Assembly (NCBI RefSeq): GCF_964355755.1
Contig: NC_092670.1
Coordinates: forward strand, 30,492,388-30,556,387
Reading direction: 5' to 3'
Length of the DNA: 64,000 nt
From: Antedon mediterranea
Lineage: Eukaryota > Animalia > Echinodermata
Of this stretch, positions 50,219 through 64,000 are shown in pieces (position 1 is the stretch's first letter; every line of letters begins with the position of its first letter). The translations under genes and the position numbers were made by a program. Below the pieces are notes generated by a model. It saw only the letters and a list, made by a program, of their open reading frames with translations, made no database searches and was not told the DNA's origin.

Positions 50219-53200
50219 ATATATATATATTACTTTAAAAGTATTAAACCAGGTCATTCCTTGTCTTAAATGTACGTTTTATGTTAAATTATGATAAAAA
50301 GAGAGATACAATGCACTGTAGTAGCTCGCGGTGAATGTCCTCTCATGGACGGTATGTAGGCCTATCCTAGCTAGACTTAGTTTTGTAGGCCTAGCTGGTA
50401 AACATCGGTAACGTACGAACACCCAACGCTAGCTATACAGTATGCCTGACGTTGTATAGTTGCTGCATTAATTGTCTTTCTGTTTTGGCTAGACTCCGTT
50501 GATACAAATTGGTGGAAACCCGTTATTTTCGTTGAAATGTTAGGAGTCTTCCATTTGTTTTGGCCTCGCGATCGATCGAAAAGTGGGTGAATAACAGAAA
50601 ACAAAATCAATCCGCGCGAAATATGTTGAGATTTATAGCGGGGCGCTAAAATTATTAGAATCGACTTATTTTTCACATTTTTAACCGTTTTACGAAGAAA
50701 AAAGTTATCTCAATAGGATCATACAGTATTTATTTTTACATTATATGTAGTTAGTGACCTTAAATTAGATCTAAAAAACCTAGGGAATTGGAATTTAATT
50801 ATTTATTAATAACGGAAAGAATAAATGCTATAAATATAAAAATAACGATTATAGCCTACCTAGGCCTATGTTTTAATAAGAGAGACGATAATGGCAAAAA
50901 CTGTAAGAGAAACAGCGATCCTCTCATCGCCGCCGAGTGGCCCATGGGTGTTGAGCTAGCTAACGTTGCCGAGGAGCGTCGATGAATGAATATTTTTATG
51001 CTTAGACCTACTACTGTATGTTTTGTGTTATTAACATTATTTTGTGCAAGAAAATCTTTGCGCAATTTGAAATTGCGAAAGCATTTTTAAAAGAACAAAG
51101 AACTTGATATGATATCTCTGCAAATCAAAATTGAATGGATCCTTATTATGCGGAGATAATTTGATTAATTCCCACCCACCCAGACCGTGCTCTGTGTGGT
51201 AGATGTGCCCGTGGTATGTGCCTATTTATAGGCGTTTATTTGTTATACGGCCTTACCACGTTGACCTATAAATAGGCCTACCTGTCACAATATATTTCAA
51301 TAGTTTTTTCAGCCTTGATCGTACATATTTATTATATAATACGTACTCCTTTGAATCCAAATAACGTCCGATTGATCATTGGTTGATTAGAAATCCATAT
51401 TTCCATACCGCCCGCCGCGCCCCATATAGCCAAATACGGTATGATAACCGACGTCATTCATTCATTCATTCAAAAATCGAAAGGTCGACTGGTGGACCTT
51501 TAATAAAAGAAAATAAATACAGGCTTGTAGGAAGTCTAGAGTTTGGGGTGTATGACAATGTTAGGTGTTTTTTCAATCTTTACAAATAGGAAGGGGTTAC
51601 AATTCTTACTTCCTATTATACGCCTTTAGATTCTTTAGAAATTTAATTTAGTAGGGTGGGTGTCAGTTAAATATATTTCTTATTTTTGGTAAATTGATAT
51701 TACTAGATGGTACGCGAGCGAAGCGAGCGTACCATCTAGTTCATGCCCACAGATGGTTCTCGAATACATAGTAATTTCAGCGTAAAAAAACTGGCGATTT
51801 CAAATGTACTTACGGCAGGACTATAAAACATTGTCGTTTACAGAAACAAATAAATAGACACAATGATTTATGTAGTCAACCAAAATTAGCACCTAGAAAC
51901 TTGTCACAAAATGAGTCGAAATTTGTTATTTGAACTCATTTAAACAAACCCAATTTTGTTAAATTATTCTTTATATTTCTTTATTATCCAATCAGTAACG
52001 AAATATTTTTTTTATAGGCCTATAAATAATATACCACTAAATAGAGTAAAACATTTCCGATTTAATAATTTCTTAAAACTGTCACTGTCTCATGGTCGAT
52101 TGAAATAGTAAAGTACATTTAAAGACCACTAATACGTTTATATTTTTGTAATTATTAATTAATACAAACGTTGAGAAACAACTGACAGTAATAAAGTATT
52201 ATATTATTATGTGTTTATAATCTAAAAGTAGGAGCTACCCACACTCACAGTGATAACGTTTATTAGTATATTTGTTTATATTATATCTAACAGTACCAAC
52301 ACACTTTTGATTCAAATGGCGATCAAAAGTGGTTAATACCTATTTGCAGTATTGTATAGCATTACAATACTATTTCTGTTTATTCTCCAAGGGTCTATAA
52401 ATTTACCTACTTGTGTTAAACCATGGAGGTATGCAATAATTTGGAATGTTCCATTCATTGCAAATCAATACATTTCTATAAACGTATATTAAATCTATCA
52501 AAATAGTATTTTTTAAAGAAAATCGGCCTGTCTTCAACATTATGATGCTGTACTCGAGCAGTTCAACCGGTTTTCAGTTATTAAAAACAGTTATCGTAGG
52601 GAGGAGGAGATAGGAAAATACGAAGCATCCTCGTATTATTGTATGCGGGTATTTTTCACGAAGGACATGTATTAGACAGTGTATACCACGATCGGAAAAC
52701 ATCCCTATTTGGGGCAAATCGTTGAACCTAAATTCATTTTAATTGTCAATAACTAATTATCTGACTCAATTTAATTAGTAAAAAGGGTTACATCAGGTGG
52801 TTAAAATCAGTACCGAAAGTACGAACCAACTTTATATACCATCGAGTAAACATTATAGAAATAAGGCGCGATTTACCGAATTTTGCCCTTACGTAAATGT
52901 ATATATAGATAATATCTATGTTTTTACACAATGACTGTGATTTAATAATGTTCTCATATCTCCCATCGATTTGGTTTGTTTTGATTGATATTATTCATTT
53001 ATTTCTATCTTTGTAATAATGTAGGTCTACATATATTTTGCTGTATTGGTAATTTTAAATATTTGATTAAAATAATAAAGATATTTGACTTATAATACTG
53101 CACTGAAATTCATTTCAAATACCCTAATTAATTAAACTCAGGAGGATAATACGAATTAACAATGTAAACTCATTCTATTGTAGAGATTGATAAACAAGAA

Positions 53201-53924
53201 ATATTTCTTACAAAAAACGCCGCGTAACTTTTTGACTGGACAGTTGTAAGAACAGTCTTCATTAATCTAATATAATAGGTCGGCCAATCAAAACGCAAGT
53301 GAACAATTGGGACTTTACTTGTGATTTATGTCATTGGCCTGTCAGCACAGTCGTTTCTTTCTAGAATTAAACGCACAAACTTGTACTGTATTGGGAATAA
53401 TGTATGTGGTTATTACTATCGCATTTAGGTATTGATAATAATAATAATATGGCTTTTGAATATATAATTACTGTCTGTAGAATAACATTTATACATTTTC
53501 GGTTCGCGATGAAAATTTATATGAATGGATTTGTAATAGGTATTTATAATAATAGTATATGGGTTGTATTATTGCTAAGCTATCACCAAATCGCGTTATA
53601 ACATTATTTCTCAGGGTTTTTTGCACCATTGATCAATACCAAACGCGTATCGGTATTATAGTTTTTAATGAATCATTACATTAATAAAAATACCCAATTA
53701 AATCAATCGCGTCAGTCTAATTCCGACTTATGTTTCGATCACATAGTTCTGTGTCTACACTGTCCCAACTAGTTTAACAAAAAAAGTGTGATGTGCCCAA
53801 ATATGGTAGTGATATGCCCGATTATCGTAGTGATATGACATCGTCATGTCTATATAATATGGGCACATCATATTTAGTTTGATAGTATAGACAGAGCTTA
53901 AGGATTATATTTAAAAAATGTTTT

Positions 53925-54205
53925 CTTACATTTTGAACGGAAGTATTTATTTGTTTATAAGCCCAATTTTCCAGTCTTAATTTTACATTTTGAAAAAAAG
54001 TATTTATTTGTTTATAAGCCCAATTTTCCAGTCTTAATTTTACATTTTGAAAAAAAAGTATTTTATTTGTTGATAAGCCCAATTGTGCAGTCTTATTTTA
54101 CATTTTGAACGAAAGTATTTATTTGTTGATAAGCCCAATTTTGCAGTCTTATTTTACATTTTAAACGAAAGTATTTATTTGTTGATAAGCCGAATTTTCC
54201 AGTTT
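53925..54205. repeat. ~58-bp minisatellite, about 5 copies; further units at 54755-54845 and 55030-55080
   Basis: TTACATTTTGAACGAAAGTATTTATTTGTTGATAAGCCCAATTTT.CAGTCTTA repeated. Confidence 0.88.
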
Positions 54206-55377
54206 AATAATAATGACCCCTTCCACAGTGCTTATACCATATACATTTTACATGATATTGACCGTGGGTTCTTTACGCCTCTGATGCATTTGTTTTTATT
54301 GTACCTTTTTAATAAATTATTATATGTTTAGGCCTAATCACACCCAATTTAATGAAACGGTCAGATTCCGATTTCAATTGAACGAAAGTAGTACTGTATT
54401 TATTATTCATTGATAAGCCAAGGGTCCCATGGCGTTAGCCGATATCTTGAGCATTTGACTCTTGTGTCAACCTGTAACACAAATCATTCTTCAAAATCTA
54501 AAGAAAGAACCTCACACGTCTTTTTTGTGAGTGATACACTATGGATATGCCCACGGAAATAATATGTGGACATTGCAAACAATCATAGGCCTACAGTAAC
54601 AAACATAACATGGCTAATAAGCATAACATTTAGACTTGCTTGTTTTCTAGTGGATTTTTATTTACTTTAGCATGTAGAATAAAACTAGTAACAGTGGCTA
54701 TATTAATAATTATACTGATTATCCTTGATGTTATCGCGTCTAATAATAAAATATTTTGTTGTTGATAAGCCCAATTTTTCAGCCTTGATTTTACATTTTG
54801 AACGAAAGTATTTATTTGCATGATAAGCCCAATTTTGCAGTCTTAATAATGACCCTTCCACAGTGCATTTTACACGATATTGACCGAGGGTTTTTACGCC
54901 TCTATAGCCACTGATCAATACCATAATTAATGTACTTTTTTAAATGAATATTGAAATGTTTCAACATACCCAATTCAAAAAAACGGTCCGTTTTCGAGTT
55001 CAATCTTTTGATTAGAGAGGTTGGAGTTTCATTTTGAACGAAAGTATTTATTTGATTGATAAGCCAAATTTCTAGTCCTAATGATTTGAGATTCAACGGG
55101 TCTTGCTTTCAATTGTATAATAATATAATTATAATTATATATATATATATATAAATATAATATTAAGTATAATTATGAATTCACCAACACTTTCAGGCCC
55201 GGGGCCGAGTTTGTGTAGACCAGACTTCCATGCACAGCCACATGTTAAGGAATATGAATCTCTTTATGATTTTAATATGGTTCGAAATGATATTACACAG
55301 CAACGATTAGACAGCAACTGTGCAAGAGTCCAACTAATAAAATCGGAATGATCAATTAATTGAACATTTGCAGCATA

Positions 55378-55733
55378 AGGCCCATACACTAGGACGATAA
55401 CGATCGACGATAAATAGACAAATGTGCATTTTTAATACATAAACCAAAAGAAATATAAACAATTCCTTTGATGAAAATTATATTTTCACACGTCCAATCA
55501 AATGACGTCATGATTAGTAAGACCAATAATATCGTGACAATACAGCGATTTTATTGTTTTTATTTATCATGACGTCATTTGATTGGAATTTGAATTATTT
55601 TTATCAAAGACAGCATAAATGATTATCCTATAGGTCTAGAACGAAAACCTTTCTAATTTCTTTTGGTTTATGTAAAAAAAATGCATGCTATATATTTATC
55701 GTCCGTCGTTATCGTCATAGTGTAATTGGGCCT
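55378..55733. mobile_element. Palindromic Harbinger-type MITE
   Basis: AGGCCCA.TACACTA.GACGATAACGA...TCGTTATCGTCATAGTGTAATTGGGCCT long imperfect TIRs. Confidence 0.65.
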
Positions 55734-57559
55734 TTATACAAAAAAAATAAATTGATTACGAAGTTACATGTCATTTTCACCTTTCACCAAAAAACTAACC
55801 TTTTCAAAACTAATTAATTGTTACGAAGCCAATTTATATTATAAATTTCATTAAAACTGAACTTTACGGTAAATGAAGAGTAAGTATCAGTTAATATGAA
55901 TAATATAACTAGTAGGTCTATGAACTTGCGTCCAGACACAGAACTGTGACATTACTATCATAAATGTTGAAACCACTTATAAAACCTTTTTTTTAAAGAA
56001 AATATAATTGTGTTAGGAGAAGGCTAATAAACAAATAGATAATGTACAAACCTTTTTCTGGATTAATTAATGGAGCAGGCGTTCCTAATAATCTGCTGCT
56101 GCTACTAGACTGATTGTTCACCTTCTGACGATAATTGATTGGACCCCCCACGGCATCTGATAACCAACAAAAAATTTACGAGGACTGTTTCAATGATTTA
56201 ATATCTGACGGCGTATTATTATAACATTGGCCTAGATTGACAGTCAAAGAAAGTCATTGTAAATACCTCCCTTTATGTTGACAGAGCCAAAATAAAGTTT
56301 TGACCATTATCGAATGATTATTTGACAGTGACTTATTATAATACCGGCCTGGTTGACAGCAAAAACGAAGTTATTATTTATTGATCAAGATTTTACAGAT
56401 TTCCGTCTACATCTCAATAATACTGTATTATCAGCAAAGGCTTTCATATAGACTCTCTTCTCCCAGACGTTTTTTTGGGTCCAGCAGCTACCTATAAATT
56501 ATAGTCGAGTTTCCAAATTCACAAAACTGTCAGCCTTAGATACTAAAGCTACCGCTATGAAACAGCTTATTAATGAATGTGTCCTCCTGGGACATAGCTG
56601 GCTAGAGCCGCGGCGCGAAAAAACAAAACAAAAAACACCTTTTCATACACTCAAACTATAACTACTGTACAGTCCATAATGGTTAGGTAATTGTCCTGGT
56701 GGTTGTCCTACAATCTTTAAAAACCAACTTAACTGAGAAAAAAACCCAATGTGAACTTGATCAATTCTGCTTTAATTCTACAGAATACATTTAACAAACG
56801 AATACAGTATACATTTCGAAAATATTTTTGATTTAATCTTCAAATCTGATGCAATTTTAAATGAATATTATCTTATTTTAATCAAATTATTGTAATTTAT
56901 TATTAGGTCTATACATTTTAAAAAGATAAATACATGTTACGTATTTTGTCTCTATAAAAAAACGCGTTTAGCCAACTTATTTTATACCATAATAAAATAA
57001 AATGTGGAAAAATTGTCGAAAATAGCAGGAAACCTGACATTTTTAATGACATGAAATCACTTCGCCATGCTTCACATGTCCGTTTGGTGATTAAGCTATA
57101 AATAGATTTAAACTCAAATTCATCCAAACAATGATATAGTTATACAATTAAGTAATGGTGCGCTATAATTAAGATAAACAATTATCTTATCAGAAGATTC
57201 AATGCACTCCATTTTAGTTATTGGTAGAACACTTCTTATCGGACACATCTGATTCGTGTGCACTTAAATTGACCAGGTGAATATTTCTGAAGGAGTTGAA
57301 GGTTACCCCGTCTTGCACGGGAATGTACAAGTGTAGTCTTACTGCTACGAATGATTAGTATACCGACCACTAATCAAACATTAATGTGAATGTTTGGAAA
57401 AAAATCCCGCTGGTGATTATAGTAAGTATGCCGAAAACCTTCAAATGATAATCACCGGTGTGATAATCATTAAACAACTGTTTTCTAAATTATTAATAGC
57501 TTATGAGAAGTACGGGTAACTTATTCATGAGACTAACTGGTAAGAAGTGCGCTACCAAT

Positions 57560-60500
57560 ATGGATCCTCTTGACGACAATGACAAGATTGCCATTGTAGG
57601 GATAGGATGCAGATACGGCGACGGTGTTGAGGGTCCACGGGAAATGTGGAGTATGTTGAAGGAGATGAGAGACTGTACAACATCTCATCCCGCAGAGCGA
57701 TTTGACAAATCATCCTTCTTTTTTCCTGGTGAAAAAAAGAAAGGTAAATTGTATACCAAACGTGGCGGTTACCTGAAGCAAGATCCGTTTATGTTTGACC
57801 GACAATTCTTCAGGATGTCACCAAGTAAGTATTAAGGAAGTCTGGAAGCATAAGCTGTACCGTATGTGAGTGAGCATTTACACCAAACAAAAAACTTCAA
57901 ATATCAACGATGTTTTATACCAAAATGATTGCATTTGACATTAATCTATAGTAACAATCTCACAAATTATTCCATAATTGTGTTAATTTTTTTTTTATTG
58001 TAGCAGGAAATTCAATTTTGTAATTGTTTAATTATTTCAGAGGATGGACAATTTGGGTATACTGGGTATATTTGTTACCCTTAACACTACAACTTATAAC
58101 TCGTTTAAAATCATTCCCTTTTTAGGTGAAGCTGAACACATGGATCCACAAATACGAATTCTTCTTGAGGTTGTCTGGGAATCGATTGAAGATGCTGGTA
58201 TCCCTGCTTCTACACTCCGTGGCTCCAACACCGGTGTGTATATGGGAGTAACGGCCAATGAATACTTTACTCTAACTCAATTCCCATTTAGCAACCTCAG
58301 TCAATATTCAAATTCAGGAACCAACTCTTGCATGATTTCCAATCGTATTTCGTATGAGTTTGATTTAAGAGGACCCAGTTTTTCCATCGACACTGCTTGT
58401 TCGTCATCTCTCTATGCTGTACAGGTTGCATGTGATGCTCTAAGAAGAGGGTCATGTGACACAGCAATTGCTGGTGGGGTAAATATCATTCTTACTCCTA
58501 CGGTTACAATTGGCTTTTGTCAAGCTGGTATGCTTTCTCCTGAAGGTCAGAGTAAAAGTTTTGATGCATCAGCTGACGGTTACAGCCGAAGTGAAGGTGT
58601 AGGGTCAGTATTTCTAAAGCCACTTAAAAAAGCAATAGCAGATAATGATCGAATTTATGCTGTGATACGCGGTGGTGCTCTTACAAATGATGGTCGAACA
58701 CCGGGTATTGCAAATCCAAGCTATGATGCCCAAATTGATCTCGTACACAAAGCATGTGCAGCAGCAAAAGTCGACCCATGTGATATTACATACATCGAAG
58801 CTCACGGCACTGGTACTAAGGTAGGAGACAAGACTGAAGCAAATGCTATTGGTGAATCCATGGGCAAACAACGTTCAGATGACCTGCCACCTCTGTATAT
58901 TGGTTCCATAAAGTCAAACGTAGGACATGCTGAAGGCGCTGCTGGAATAGCAGGTGTTATCAAGACAGCATTATCATTATATCATCGAGAAATTCCTGGC
59001 GTTGTGCATTTCAAACATGGTAATCCAAATATACAATTTCATGATCTGAAACTGAGAGTTCCTTCAACAAACATCCACTGGCCAGATGGTTCCAAGTTGC
59101 TTGCAGGCTGTAGCTCATTTGGATTCGGTGGTGCTAACGCACATATTGTGTTTCAGGCTGCGCCACAAAATCAACAGCCCGTTCATCAAAACGAACATAG
59201 TTCACAAACGTTGATTGAATCATACAAATTGTTAATGATTTCGGCTAATTCACAAGAAGCTCTTCATCAGAGGTGCATCGACTGGAAAAACTTCTTATTA
59301 AATTCAACTGGTTTGGATTCTCTTCGAAACATGTTATATACTGCTAATGTAAGAATTTATATTCATGAAGAGAGAGCAGCTCTTATCGCCAAGTCAAGGG
59401 ATGGATTTGTAGATTTGCTGCAAAAGAAAATAGACGGTGAAAGTCTAGATGATCTTATTGAAGGGAAGGTATCAGAAGGCAAGTCCACCAACGGAACAGT
59501 TTTTGTATTTTCTGGCATGGGGACTCAGTGGTGGGGCATGGCTAGAGAGTTAATAAATACACAACCGATCTTCAAAACAGTCATAGAGGTAATTATTATT
59601 ATTGTTTTTACGTAGACCTAATATCTATATTTTCATTTCTAAACTAATAATCAAATTCAAAGTTTTAAGTTATGAAGGAAAATTAGGTTATTTTAACTTG
59701 ATTTCTATGAAGGCTATGAATTCATTGTTATTTATTTGTTCTCATATGCCCCTATATCATCTCTAATGTTTAATTTATATAACACAGTTATACTCCATAT
59801 GACTCCACCAGCTTCGTTTATTAATCAAAATGCGAATGGAAGTTCCTACTATGCAACACATTCCAACCGGAAAGTGTTAAGGAATTATACTGAAGTCATT
59901 AATTAATTAAGTTACAACGTGACGTCAGATGCATTTATAAAAATATTGAATGTAATATATGTTAATATTTGAATTATGATGCTTTTACTGAACTTAATTA
60001 TTTATAGAGAATAGATGGTTATCTAGGGACGGCTGGTGGAAAATGGTCGCTTATTGAAATGTTAACGATAGAAACTGATAAAAACAAGATTAACAGCGAT
60101 ACAGGTGATCTTTTTTTACTGATTCAGTCCATAACAATTTGTCTATTTGAATTGGAATCATTGATTTCCTTAAATCACTTTATTTTAGATTTTTGTATGG
60201 CATTGTTGTATCTTAATTTCGAGAATATAAATTTAAATAAATATTAGATCATCATATTTTCTGCAAACACTAAATGTAGGCTGTGTATTGTAATCCTTTT
60301 TGTATTCTTAATTCTTATTGTAATTTAATTTATTATTTTAAACAGAAATTTCTCAAGTCTGCATTTGTAGCATTCAGATTGGATTAGTTGAACTGTACAA
60401 GCATTATGGAGTAAGGCCGAGTGCCGTAATTGGTCACAGTGTAGGTGAAGTAGCAGCAGCCTATGCAGCTGGACTTATCACCATGAAAAATTCAGTTAAA

Positions 60501-63500
60501 ATTATCTTTAACCGAGGACATATTCTTAGAAAGACAAGTGGCTCAGGAACGATGGTTGCAGTTCTTCATGACGTGGATGTTGTTAAAAGTAAGCTGGAAT
60601 CTACTCAAACAATACTAGACATAGCTGCTATAAACAGCCCTGCACAAATTGTATTGTCAGGAAAAACGGGGTTAATTAATGATTTTTCATCCCATCTAAA
60701 AAAAGAGGGCATAGTGGTAAAATTACTAAATGTTAATAATGCATTCCACAGTTATCATCAAGAAGGTTTAAAAAAAGAATTTGTTAGTAAGATTAGTTTC
60801 CTTCAGAAAAAAACCTCTTCAACAAACCAAACAGCCGTTATTCCAATGATGTCAACTGTAACTAACCGGTATGTTACTTTACAAGAGGCGAATGATCCTG
60901 GTTACTGGTGGAGTAATATTCGTCAGAAAGTACGTTTCAGAGACGCAGTAGATGCCATACTAAATGACGGTTATAGTGACTTTATAGAAATAGGAGCTCA
61001 TCCAGCGCTGTCACCATCAATTAAAGAGATTATATCTTCCAAATCAACTAAACTAATGGTTCACTTTATAACCCATTCCCTTAAACGACCACGTGATATA
61101 AGTGATTCTGCTAATGACAATCTAAATTTCATTACGTCATTGGCGCATATGTTTGTTCGCGGTTACTCTGTTGATATGACACCATGCTTCCAAGAGATTA
61201 CCTGTCAGGTATTGTCCTTACCATTGTATCCATGGCAACGTATCATGTGTTCTGCAGTAACTACATCGAGGATTGAAACCATGCGATATCCAAACACTTT
61301 CCATCCACTTTTAGGAAAACCAGACAACTCTGCTAACTTCACAAAAAGTTCAGGCTTACAAGTTTGGAAAGGCACTGTGGGGATTGTCGAGGAGCCATGG
61401 ATTGCCGATCACGTTGTTCAAGGTAGCGTAGTTTTTCCGGCTGCTGGATTTATAGAGACATCAATTGCGGCACACCATGAACTGTTTACAGATTCTCCTC
61501 ATGTAATTATAAAAGACATGCATTTTGACCGTTTTATGTTTGTTTCCGACAACAGTGCGACTGTAGAAACAACAACAAAGATGGAAACTGGTGCAGATAC
61601 AGCCTCATTTATATTCTGTTCTTTTAATAAAACAGACAATAAGTGGATACAACATACATCAATGAAATTACTCAAAAATGAAGAAAGATCTGGAAACAGC
61701 ATAGTTTCAAGTAAACAGATGTATCTTCCTGTAAATGAAATTAGAAATAGATGTTCCGAAGAACTTAATGGCAAATCTAGTTTCTATTCCTTCATTAAAC
61801 AACTTGGTTTTGATCTAGGAGACAGTTTTATGTCCATTGAAAATATAAAGCTAAATAAAGTAGCTGACGAGGCAATTTTCTATCTTCGAGCACCTGATAC
61901 TGTTGCTGCACAGTCCAGTCGATTCTACATTCATCCAGCTTTTCTCGATGGTATATTGCAAGGAATGATGGGCCTTGAGCGTCTGTATAACGCTAAGTTA
62001 AATCCACATATGAAGTCTGGAGGTCGTGTGCCTCGATCAATCGAAAAGCTACAATTGAAGAATTGTAAATTCCCAGATGAAATATTTCTTCATATTAATC
62101 TAATCAATGGCGATAAAGGTGTATATGCAAACGTTTCAGTTGCCGATGCAGAAACACAAGAGATCATTGCAAGATGTTCAAATTTACGTTTCGGACCAGT
62201 TGGTAGTAGTAATAGTACTGACGATAACGCACTAAAAATATGGGAGAAAAAATGGGTACCTATAGATATTGGTATGGAAATCAGCGATACAACTGACCTG
62301 ATATTGATAACGGGTGATGACAAGAAATTGTCTTTACAGCTTAAGGAGACATTTGCTTCGGTTGGACTTCTTTCAGACACTTACAACGAGACAGATATTC
62401 AAACAGTGAAGATAAACATGGATACTACACCCTTGTCGCATGTTATAATCACAATTGGACGTCATAATGAGGATAATCCGAACGAACTTTGCAGAGAACA
62501 GTTTTTAGAGTACCATTTCAAAACTGCAGAGATGTGCATCAGTCAATATAAAGCCCTATCAACCAAGAATGACATAAATCCAAAAATATGGTTCATTACA
62601 AGAGATGGAGTTTGTGCTAAACAAGATGACATTGTCGATCCTTACCAAACTTACGCCTCAGTGTACGGATTTGGAATAAGTGTAATTCAGGAAAATATGA
62701 ATTTTGTTCCTACTATTATAGATATTCCATCAGATGTTAATAATAAAACAACAGCTAGATGGTTGCTGAAATATATCAGAAGGAGTGACACTGATGAGAC
62801 ATTCATTGCATTACGCCATCACAAATCATCTTCAAAACCAACAGATGAATTTAAAACGTATGCATACCGTTTGCGCATAAGTGATATCTATGACTTTCCC
62901 TATAAAAAGTCATCCAAACAATGGAAACTTGACATCCGTCAAAGTATTCAGACAGGGAGACTTTTACTGAAAAAGTACCTTCCAACCAATGACGAAACAA
63001 AGCCTACAGAATTTTCAGCGGTAACTATTGAAGCATTCATGCTACTGTTAGGCGATTCTGAAGACTCAAATGGAGTTGCACACCCAGTGGTTATGTTTTG
63101 TGGTCATTCAGGCCAATCCACTGTGATTGGTGTTTGTTCTTCAAACGACTTACAATCTACAGTGCAAGTTAGTGCCAAAGATCTAATTGCACTCAACACC
63201 AACCTTCCTTCTACAAAAGTCATAAACATTGTCTCATCATACTTGCTTCCATTTATTATTGTCCGTGATCTAAAACCAAGCGGTACGACTATTGTTTGCA
63301 TGGAATCAATTGATGACACACACTGTTTAGCTGTTGCACACATGGCTATAGAACTAGGTCACACTGTTCTGGTAGTTGTTACACGATTTCCAGAAGAATA
63401 TACCAGTAATTCAGATACTCTGCTACGATTTGTTCACAGTCGAGATGCAATGACAGCTCTAAATACACAACATGTTGGCTGTGTAATCGGACGTAAATCG

Positions 63501-64000
63501 CACGTAACCGAATTATTACGATCTAATAAAGGAGTAAGACAAAAGTTGACACCATTTGCAACAATTGGGATATTGAAAACCAACGAAGACGATTCTACTG
63601 GCTGCCTTGGTCTTTCGAAAAATACTAGAATTGTCGTTTACAGTTACGAATTACCATTAATTGGTAAATTTCACCAAGTTGAGCATATTTTAAAAACTAT
63701 GTTGGCCTTGTTTGAGAAATCATCAACACTGTCCAGTAGACAAAAAGTCAGTTTAAAAATTAAACACTTAAAGGATGTTAAAACCTACGATCTATTTTTG
63801 TTTCAAGATGTTATATTCTCTACTGGTATTAACGAAGCCGTTCCTTTAATTTGGGATTTTTCTGGAAGCGAGACTAAATTTAGTATGAGCAATTCTTATA
63901 TTGTAACTGGTGGTACGACAGGATTCGGCCTCAGTCTTGTAGAATGGTTGGTGGATAACGGAGCTGGACATATTTTCATCCTAAGTCGATCTGTGCCAGA
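57560..64000 (+). CDS. Animal iterative type I polyketide synthase, KS-AT-DH-KRs-ER0-KR (continues beyond the window)
   Basis: Phase-compatible GT-AG exons 57560-57824, 58126-59588, 60008-60104 and 60346->64000, with no stops on manual translation. KS DTACSS/EAHGTGT/KSNVGH; AT GHSVG, NAFHS; DH HPLLG, DHVVQGSVVFP, HPAFLDGILQ; KR YIVTGGTTGFG. Confidence 0.93.

Noticed and set aside
61499-63343. Minus-strand ORFs overlapping the PKS, and similar short antisense ORFs over the retroelements
   Set aside because: Shadow ORFs of long coding regions on the opposite strand, with no motifs of their own.
57503-64000. Bacterial or fungal contamination, or fatty acid synthase
   Set aside because: Spliceosomal introns, host-like base composition and animal repeats upstream. 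KS motifs (EAHGTGT with AEGAAG, HPLLG before DH) and the degenerate ER fit an animal PKS better than FAS.

Overview
AT-rich animal genomic DNA with GT-AG introns, probably from a marine invertebrate (an echinoderm is plausible but not provable from sequence alone). The first 12 kb is a three-deep retrotransposon nest: a Mag-like Ty3/Gypsy element inside a Gmr1-like Gypsy element (SCAN-like capsid, PR-IN-RT-RH order) inside a Tx1/L1 LINE, with both target-site duplications intact. The 13-50 kb region is a rearranged, TE-dense zone holding: two broken, head-to-head laccase (multicopper oxidase) copies flanking a decayed 3' half of cullin-4; a CR1/L2-type LINE; a minimal hammerhead ribozyme; a decayed element encoding a RAG1 N-terminus-like protein (CND-like Zn motif, C3HC4 RING, ZFA, TRGR/P) with a CACAATG end; a 1-kb-arm fold-back of an Academ-like transposase; and SINEs, MITEs and minisatellites. 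From 57.56 kb to the window end lies an apparently intact, spliced animal type I polyketide synthase (KS-AT-DH-KRs-degenerate ER-KR...), mostly missed by the ORF track because its last exon runs off the window. Coordinates were counted by hand and may be off by a few bases. Family assignments come from motif recognition, not database searches.
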